Below are positions 26,536-32,784 of a stretch of 32,784 nucleotides of DNA, piece after piece. The number at the start of each line of letters is the position of its first letter. Position 1 is the stretch's first letter. The DNA comes from Nitratiruptor sp. (GTDB lineage: Bacteria; Campylobacterota; Campylobacteria; Campylobacterales; Nitratiruptoraceae): contig WGBB01000029.1 in the NCBI GenBank assembly GCA_015494505.1, positions 1 through 32,784 on the forward strand. Direction: 5' to 3'. Position numbers and translations under genes: made by a program. The notes under the pieces were generated by a model. The model did no database searches, was not told the DNA's origin, and was given only the letters and a program-made list of their open reading frames with translations.

Positions 26536-27491
26536 GAAAAAAAGAGTATTTGCCGAAAATCTTGGAAACGGGTGCCAACGAGCTGGAGGTCATCGACTTT
26601 CGCATGTATGAAGAGCTCGAAGACGGCACTATTTATGAGTGGGTGCTGGGCGTAAACGTGGCCAAAGTCAAAGAGGTAATCCAAAAACCCACAAACATCT
26701 TTCGCTCTCCCGGCATGCCGCCCGAAGTGGACGGTCTAGCCAAAATTCGCGAAGATGTGGTGCCGATAGTCAATCTAGGTAAATGGATGAAAATCAAAGC
26801 GCCCGAGCACAAGCCGGACAAATATGTGATCGTAATGGAGTTTTTACGCGAAATCATAGGTGTGGTGGTGCACGAAGCCAAGCGTATCCGCCGCATCAAA
26901 TGGACAGACATCAAAAAGCCGCCCGCCAGTATAGACGAGAAGCTCGGCGGCAAAGTAGTGGGCGTCATCGAAATAGAAGAGGGACAACTACTCTTGTTGC
27001 TCGATTTTGAAGGCATCCTCGATGAGCTCGGTATGATCAAGGTCTTCAACGTCGAGGACAAAACAGACTATGCCAAAAGCGAGCGCTCCTACAACATCCT
27101 CGTGCTCGACGATAGCCCCGTAGCGCGCAAAATCATCCGTAAAATCCTCGAAAAAGACGGCCATAGGGTCTATGAAGTGGAAAGCGGCATCGAAGGGCTC
27201 AAATTCCTCGAAGAGACTCTCGAGGAAGCGGAGCGCGAAGGTGTGGATATCACAGACAAAATCCAACTCATCATCAGCGATATCGAGATGCCCGGGATGG
27301 ATGGGCTGACTTTCACGAAAAAAGTGAAAGAGCACCCCGTCTTTTCCAAGATTCCGATCGTCATCAACACCTCGCTCTCGGACAAAGCGACGGTGGACAA
27401 GACGCGCTTCGTCAACGCGGATGCGCATCTGGTGAAATTCGATACGAAAGATCTCTTGCATATAGTCCGTGAATATGCGATCAAGAAATAG
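26532..27491 (+). CDS. cheV: CheW-REC hybrid CheV
   Basis: ETGANELEVIDF, GVNVAKVKEVI, REC domain LDDS...SDIEMPGMDG...TSL...VKF. Confidence 0.95.
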   Translation: MRKKEYLPKILETGANELEVIDFRMYEELEDGTIYEWVLGVNVAKVKEVIQKPTNIFRSPGMPPEVDGLAKIREDVVPIVNLGKWMKIKAPEHKPDKYVIVMEFLREIIGVVVHEAKRIRRIKWTDIKKPPASIDEKLGGKVVGVIEIEEGQLLLLLDFEGILDELGMIKVFNVEDKTDYAKSERSYNILVLDDSPVARKIIRKILEKDGHRVYEVESGIEGLKFLEETLEEAEREGVDITDKIQLIISDIEMPGMDGLTFTKKVKEHPVFSKIPIVINTSLSDKATVDKTRFVNADAHLVKFDTKDLLHIVREYAIKK

Positions 27492-27499
27492 GAGGAACA

Positions 27500-27898
27500 A
27501 TGGCACTGCCTGATAGAAATATAAAGATTTTAGTGGTCGACGACGCACCAATGATACGAAGAATTCTCAAAAACTTGCTCAAAGAGATGGGATTTACCAA
27601 CGTGGAAGAAGCCGAAGACGGGATGGTGGCGCTGCAAAAACTGCGCAGCCAAAAGTTTGATTTCGTCATCACCGACTGGAACATGCCCAATCTCACAGGT
27701 ATCGAGCTGGTCCAAGAAATCAGAAAAGACCCTAATCTCAAACATCTGCCGATAATGATGGTAACGGCCGAGGCGAAAAAGGAAAACATCATCCTAGCAC
27801 TCAAAAGCGGGGTGAACAACTATATCGTCAAACCCTTCACACCCGAAAACGTCAAAGCCAAAATCGAAGCAATCTTTAGCGCCAAATCAAAGAAATAG
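27500..27898 (+). CDS. cheY: Chemotaxis response regulator CheY
   Basis: VVDD, TDWNMPN, MVTAEA, YIVKPFT. Confidence 0.96.
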   Translation: MALPDRNIKILVVDDAPMIRRILKNLLKEMGFTNVEEAEDGMVALQKLRSQKFDFVITDWNMPNLTGIELVQEIRKDPNLKHLPIMMVTAEAKKENIILALKSGVNNYIVKPFTPENVKAKIEAIFSAKSKK

Positions 27899-27907
27899 GA
27901 GCCGACC

Positions 27908-29218
27908 ATGAGTAAAAAAGAGATCAAAAACGAAACACAAGAGACTCAAATCCAAGAGTGTGAAGAGAAATTGGAATCCGTCATCCAAAAAGATAAAGAG
28001 CGCTGGATAGCAAGCAGCGGAAAACTGAGTGAAGCAATCTTCAACGCAGCCCTGGTCAAAACCGGAATTTACCGTTTCAAAAACCGCTTTGCGAAATTTA
28101 ACGAAACTTTTGAAAAAATCACAAACACAAGCGAAGAGAGCCTCAAAACTACAGATACTATCATGCAAAGCATCGCTGCCATAGAAAATGCGCAAAAAGA
28201 GACTACCGACCAAATAGACTACGGAGAGACTATTCTCAATAAAACAAACCAGGACATCCTCGAGTCCGTCAAAGCGATGGACAACCTCACCAAAACCACC
28301 GAAGAGCTCAAACGCAAAATCAGCGGCATCGACCATGTCCTCAACGTCATCCTCGAAATCACCGAACAGACCAACCTCCTCGCACTCAACGCAGCTATCG
28401 AAGCGGCGCGTGCAGGTGAAGTGGGACGGGGCTTTGCCGTGGTGGCGGATGAAGTGCGCAAGCTTGCAGAAAAGACTAGCAAGAGCGCCAGTGAAATCCG
28501 TGAAGTGACCATTTCAGTGATGGATGAGATGGATAATACCGCCAAAGTGGTCAACAACGCCAAAACCATCGTCGAAGATAGCGCAGAAGGTGCCAGCGGT
28601 GTCCTCAAGACCTTTCACAAAATCAAGCAAAACAGCGCAAACGTAACCGACCTTATCCAAAAACAGATCGAATACACAAACAAACAAAAAGAGAATATCT
28701 ACACGTTTAGCGAAGAGATCCAAAAACTCAACAAAGACCTCAAAGAGGCGCAAGAGCTCGCCAACATCACGGGTCTACGCATCCTTTCTACCATCGACTA
28801 CATGAAAGAGGGCATCGACAAGTGCGCTGAGTTTACCAAAGATGAGGCTGTTACGAAAATCCTTGACGCTATCAAAGCTCACTCCGTCTACATCACGAAC
28901 GTGGCAAAACTAATCGAGGGATATGATGATATCTCTCTCAAAGACTTCACCGCATGCGACTATGGCAAATGGTTCTATTCGGGTGAGGCCTTCAAAGCGC
29001 TTAAACCCTACGGTGACGAAGTCATAGCTATCCTCGAAGGCACCGAAGAATTGCATAAAGAGGTGCACAACATCGCCCAAGAGCTGGTACGCCTCAAAAA
29101 AGAGAATCGCCGTGAAGAGATTTTCGACAAGTTCCAAGAGCTCGCGGAAGCGGCTACGGCACTCGTGAAAGAACTGACCAAAATCTACGCGATTATCGCG
29201 GCAAAAGAGCTCGACTAA
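27908..29218 (+). CDS. Soluble chemoreceptor with C-terminal CZB zinc-binding domain (TlpD-like)
   Basis: No TM segment; canonical tip [35 protein letters not shown]; CZB ligands in AHSVY...CDYGKWF...HKEVH. Confidence 0.9.
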   Translation: MSKKEIKNETQETQIQECEEKLESVIQKDKERWIASSGKLSEAIFNAALVKTGIYRFKNRFAKFNETFEKITNTSEESLKTTDTIMQSIAAIENAQKETTDQIDYGETILNKTNQDILESVKAMDNLTKTTEELKRKISGIDHVLNVILEITEQTNLLALNAAIEAARAGEVGRGFAVVADEVRKLAEKTSKSASEIREVTISVMDEMDNTAKVVNNAKTIVEDSAEGASGVLKTFHKIKQNSANVTDLIQKQIEYTNKQKENIYTFSEEIQKLNKDLKEAQELANITGLRILSTIDYMKEGIDKCAEFTKDEAVTKILDAIKAHSVYITNVAKLIEGYDDISLKDFTACDYGKWFYSGEAFKALKPYGDEVIAILEGTEELHKEVHNIAQELVRLKKENRREEIFDKFQELAEAATALVKELTKIYAIIAAKELD

Positions 29219-29228
29219 AGGCTGAAAA

Positions 29229-30662
29229 ATGTATAAAAACCTCTACAACAAAAGAGGAATCGAGCCCAAGAATATCGAATCACCCTTCGAGCTAAACGAG
29301 CTCTTTTTCTCCATCACCGATCCCAAAGGGGTGATTCTCACGGGCAACGACGTTTTTGCCAAAGTATCAAAAATGAGCAAAGAGGAGCTCATAGGCAAGC
29401 CTCACAACATCATCCGCCATCCCGATATGCCGCGCGCTATCTTCAAGGCTTTGTGGAGCACCATCAAAGCCGGCAGACCCTTCGTGGGATATGTGAAAAA
29501 CATGGCCAAAGACGGTAGCTACTACTGGGTTTTGGCTGCAGTCTATCCCGTCATGGATGAAAACGGTGAAATAGAAAAATATATCTCCATCCGTCTCAAA
29601 CCAAGCTCCAAGATGTTCGAAATCATCCCGGACCTCTATCATGAACTGCTGGAGTATGAATTAAAAAACGATATGGACTCGGCACTCAAGCTTTTGGGAC
29701 AAAAGCTAGGAGAATTGGGATTTGAGAGCTATGAAGAGTTCTCTAAGCGGGCTTTTTTTGAAGAAGTACAAAGCAGAGAGAACCTCATCAAAAGCGACGG
29801 GAATGTAAATTGTCAAGTGGATTTGACCAATGTCATTCCTGAAAATGCAGAGTTTATCGATCTTTTGTGCAATCTAGAAACCATATTCTTTCGCATCAAC
29901 CGCTACTTCAATGAAATTTTCGGCAAGGTCAACCTCTTTTTGAACCTCAACGAAGAGCTCAATAAAAAGAGCAAATTTATTTATGAGCTAGCCGAAGATA
30001 TCCGTCTGCTCTCCCTCAATGCTTCCATCGAAAGCTACAAGGTAAAAAAAGAGGGGGTCTCCTTCTCCACACTCTCGCACGAAATGCGTAAAAACGCAGA
30101 ACTAAGCGAGCGCAAGATTTTGCAACTGAGCGATATCATCGAAGATACCAAAAAGGATATCGAAGATATCGGCTTCAATATCCTCACATCCAAGCTGGTC
30201 ATAGAGATGATAACCTTCTTTATCAAAGAGATGATACAAAACCTCTCCCACATGAGCGTAGAAGATACACGCCAACAAGAGGTTATAGAGAATCTCAAAA
30301 ATCTGTTCGCACTTTTAGTGAACTATTCACAAAACCTCTCGGCCAATATCGATACTTCCAAAAGTCAGCTGCGCTCGATGTTTTACAACATCCAAGAGCT
30401 CAATGTCCTCATCAATCGCCTCGACTTTATCCACATCAACGGGCTTATCGAGTCGGCTCACACCAAAGGGGATGGAGGGGGATTTACCATCATCTTTTCA
30501 CAGATGCTCAAACTCATCGAAGCGGCCAAAAACGAGATTATCAATCTCGAAACGAGCATAGCAAACGCTAATGAAGAGAACCTCACCGTCAATCTCATCA
30601 CCGAAGTGGCACAGCAAAAAATCGCAAGACTCCAAAAACGATACAGCTTCCTCTTTAATTAA
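29229..30662 (+). CDS. Soluble Aer/CetB-type PAS protein with degenerate MCP signalling regions
   Basis: PAS domain FSITDPKGVI...HNIIRHPDMP...LW...YVKNMAKDGSYYWV; tips LLSLNASIES..GVSF and INGLIESAH..GGGF; no TM segment. Confidence 0.85.
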   Translation: MYKNLYNKRGIEPKNIESPFELNELFFSITDPKGVILTGNDVFAKVSKMSKEELIGKPHNIIRHPDMPRAIFKALWSTIKAGRPFVGYVKNMAKDGSYYWVLAAVYPVMDENGEIEKYISIRLKPSSKMFEIIPDLYHELLEYELKNDMDSALKLLGQKLGELGFESYEEFSKRAFFEEVQSRENLIKSDGNVNCQVDLTNVIPENAEFIDLLCNLETIFFRINRYFNEIFGKVNLFLNLNEELNKKSKFIYELAEDIRLLSLNASIESYKVKKEGVSFSTLSHEMRKNAELSERKILQLSDIIEDTKKDIEDIGFNILTSKLVIEMITFFIKEMIQNLSHMSVEDTRQQEVIENLKNLFALLVNYSQNLSANIDTSKSQLRSMFYNIQELNVLINRLDFIHINGLIESAHTKGDGGGFTIIFSQMLKLIEAAKNEIINLETSIANANEENLTVNLITEVAQQKIARLQKRYSFLFN

Positions 30663-31465
30663 CCGAAAATCTCCTCGAGTTTGGCGAAGGCCGGCTTGAG
30701 GATGCGTTCGTTGTATTTTTCGCAGTCGCTTTTGAGGGCTTTTTTGAAGCTAAGTCTTTTGATCTCTTCCTTGGATGCGCCGTTTTTGATGGCTTCTTTG
30801 AGCTCCGCATCCACATCCATATCCATATTTGCAAACTCCCAGAGCGTGATGCCAAAAGCGCGCGAATATTTGATAGCGTCGCTGTCTGCGAGGACAAGAT
30901 AGTTGCGATCTTTTTCGTCGATGTAGTTGATAACGCCCTTAGTATCGAAAAAGCCGTATTTATCTCCTAAAAAGATGTCGAATTGCGACTCGATTTCACG
31001 GTTTTCGTTCCAGCGGTTGAGGGCAAAAATCGTCTTGATATCGGGGTTGGCGTTTTTGACCTTTTGGTAGATGTTGATAGCGCTCGTAGCATCCAGCTCG
31101 CCGTCCATAAGCGGTATCACTACCCCATCGAGGGCATAGACCATCCCGCTCTCCACAAGGGCATCGAGGACATAGACGGCGGTCTTGTTGGCACCGATAT
31201 CCATGACGATGTTGTTTTCAAGAAGCAAGATATCGCGCAGCTCTTCGCGCAGGTCCTGTCCTGCCACTCCTATGCGCTCGAGCCATACGAGCCTGCTCTT
31301 TTCGAACGAGATACTATCTTCGTTTTCGTCGTCGAACTCGAAAAAAGATACGGGATTTTGGGATTTTTGGTAGAGGTAGGGGACGATGAGCTGCATGCTG
31401 ATAGTGCTCTTGCCCACGCCCCCTTTGGTGTTGATCACTGCGATTTTTTTGAAATTCGGCATCAT
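30659..31465 (-). CDS. ParA/MinD-superfamily P-loop ATPase resembling the plasmid StbB family
   Basis: IAVINTKGGVGKST deviant Walker A, IVMDIGA Walker B, VVIP, IFALNR. Confidence 0.75.
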   Translation of the reverse strand: MMPNFKKIAVINTKGGVGKSTISMQLIVPYLYQKSQNPVSFFEFDDENEDSISFEKSRLVWLERIGVAGQDLREELRDILLLENNIVMDIGANKTAVYVLDALVESGMVYALDGVVIPLMDGELDATSAINIYQKVKNANPDIKTIFALNRWNENREIESQFDIFLGDKYGFFDTKGVINYIDEKDRNYLVLADSDAIKYSRAFGITLWEFANMDMDVDAELKEAIKNGASKEEIKRLSFKKALKSDCEKYNERILKPAFAKLEEIFG

Positions 31466-31490
31466 TACCCCGTCTATTGGTCTTGGGGTA

Positions 31491-31499
31491 ATTATACCA
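31491..31499 (-). promoter_or_regulatory. Extended -10 sigma70 promoter of the ATPase gene
   Basis: Minus strand TGGTATAAT (TGnTATAAT), 25 nt upstream of the ATG. Confidence 0.6.
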
Positions 31500-31513
31500 A
31501 AAGCGAAGAAGCC

Positions 31514-32686
31514 TTAGTGGGAGCAGCCGCAGCTGCCGCCGCTATGCCCTCCATGGCCGCCGCTCGGCGCTGCGCCTGTAGAGCAAGCGGAAACCCCCGG
31601 AGGCGTGGTAGGCTGGATAGCTTCGTTGCTCACACCGCCCTCTTCGTTGACCTTTTCGATAAAGTGCCACAGCTTATTGGCCGCTTTGTGGTAGCGCTTG
31701 GCCGTTTCGCTCTCGGGATGATAGAAGACCACGGGCTTGCCCTCGTCTCCCCCTTCGCGAATAGCCGGCTCGATGGGAATCTCACCCAGCACGGATGTGC
31801 CGTATTCGAGGGCTACGTCGTGTGCCGTGCCTTTACCGAAAATATCGCTCTCGGTCTGACAACTCGGACAGATAAAGCCGCTCATGTTCTCTACGATACC
31901 GGCTATAGGGATATGGAGCTTTTTGAACATGTCGAGGCTGCGTCTGCTATCATCGAGGCTCACCATCTGAGGCGTCGTGACGGTCACACCTGCAGTGACG
32001 GGAACGCTTTGGGCCAGTGTTAGCTGCGCATCACCGGTGCCCGGAGGCATGTCGATAAAGAGCACGTCCAAGTCGCTCCATAAGATATCGCGCAAGAACT
32101 GCTCAATCGCCTTCATGATCATCGCACCGCGCCAAATCAGCGACTGCCCCTCTTCCATGAGCACTCCCATACTCATCACTTCTACGCCGTATTTGGTCTC
32201 GATGGGCTTGACCTTGTTGCCCACTACTTCCGGCTGGACGCCGAGGATGCCTAGCATTCTAGGAATGTTGGGGCCGTAGATGTCCGCATCGAGAATGCCC
32301 ACCTTTTTGCCCTGCATAGCCATAGCGATTGCCAGGTTGACCGTAGTAGTGGATTTGCCCACACCCCCCTTACCGCTACTTATCATCACGAAGTTTTTCA
32401 CTTGGGGTGCGAGGTTTTTGCCGCGGCTGGAAGTCTCTCTGGGCATCTTGGGCTGTTTGATATTGACGATTACCTCTTTTGCACCTTCGAGCTCGAGCTT
32501 TTTGGTAATTTCATCGCGAAGCTGCTGCGCCACTTCGGGTGCACTTGAAGTGATATCGAGCTCCACGGCCACCCTGTCGCCGTTTACTTCCACGTTTTTT
32601 ACAAACCCGAAAGTAACGATATCTTTGGTAAATCCCGGATATGCAACGGTCGATAAAACCTGTTGCACCTTTTCATTTGTTAGCAT
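31514..32686 (-). CDS. mrp: Mrp/ApbC (NBP35-family) Fe-S cluster carrier ATPase
   Basis: N-terminal DUF59-like domain, SGKGGVGKST, DADIYGP, WRG, DMPPGTGD, ENMSGFICPSC. Confidence 0.95.
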   Translation of the reverse strand: MLTNEKVQQVLSTVAYPGFTKDIVTFGFVKNVEVNGDRVAVELDITSSAPEVAQQLRDEITKKLELEGAKEVIVNIKQPKMPRETSSRGKNLAPQVKNFVMISSGKGGVGKSTTTVNLAIAMAMQGKKVGILDADIYGPNIPRMLGILGVQPEVVGNKVKPIETKYGVEVMSMGVLMEEGQSLIWRGAMIMKAIEQFLRDILWSDLDVLFIDMPPGTGDAQLTLAQSVPVTAGVTVTTPQMVSLDDSRRSLDMFKKLHIPIAGIVENMSGFICPSCQTESDIFGKGTAHDVALEYGTSVLGEIPIEPAIREGGDEGKPVVFYHPESETAKRYHKAANKLWHFIEKVNEEGGVSNEAIQPTTPPGVSACSTGAAPSGGHGGHSGGSCGCSH

Positions 32687-32727
32687 CTATGCTCCTTTAG
32701 CGAAGTAATTCGGATAGATTTTATCCT

Positions 32728-32736
32728 ATTTATCTT
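32728..32736 (-). promoter_or_regulatory. Putative -10 element upstream of mrp
   Basis: Minus strand GGATAAAAT in an AT-rich region, followed by an AAAGGAG RBS. Confidence 0.35.
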
Positions 32737-32784
32737 TAAGGAAGATTAAGAAAAATAGCAGAACTCATTAAGTAATTGTAGAAA

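Noticed and set aside
30983-32023. 346-aa plus-strand ORF
   Set aside because: Antisense to the ATPase gene and mrp, which both have strong family motifs; it has none itself.
1-32784. CRISPR arrays, tRNA/rRNA genes, IS elements, integrases and strong intrinsic terminators
   Set aside because: None recognisable by eye; the window is almost fully coding, with intergenic gaps under about 130 bp.

Overview
This window is almost entirely one contiguous flagellar and chemotaxis supercluster from a bacterium that looks Campylobacterota-like (inferred from the Mrp protein, CheV/CheZ/TlpD-type chemotaxis genes and the TGnTATAAT/TAAAAT promoter style; possibly a deep-sea-vent Nitratiruptor-type organism). 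On the minus strand, in transcription order: fliG | fliM-fliN2(FliY-like)-flgF-flgG-flgA-flgH-flgI-flgJ-flhA-flhF-flhG-fliA-fliK-TPR protein-flgB-flgC-fliE-fliF-fliH-fliI | flgD-flgE-fliL-fliN-fliO-fliP (fliP runs off the left edge). Divergently on the plus strand, behind a sigma28-like promoter: cheZ-cheA-cheW-cheV-cheY, a soluble MCP-CZB receptor and a soluble Aer-PAS protein with two degenerate MCP hairpin tips. An orphan StbB/ParA-like ATPase converges on this operon, and mrp/apbC follows at the right end. The most unusual points are the double-hairpin PAS receptor, the adjacent orphan ATPase, fliG detached from fliF, a FliA with most of region 3 missing, a FliN with duplicated CheY-binding-like motifs, a CheA without a REC domain that carries a non-canonical insert, a Cys-rich exported TPR protein coupled to flgB, and apparent sigma70/sigma28 rather than sigma54 control. 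All assignments come from motif recognition by eye; no database searches were run.
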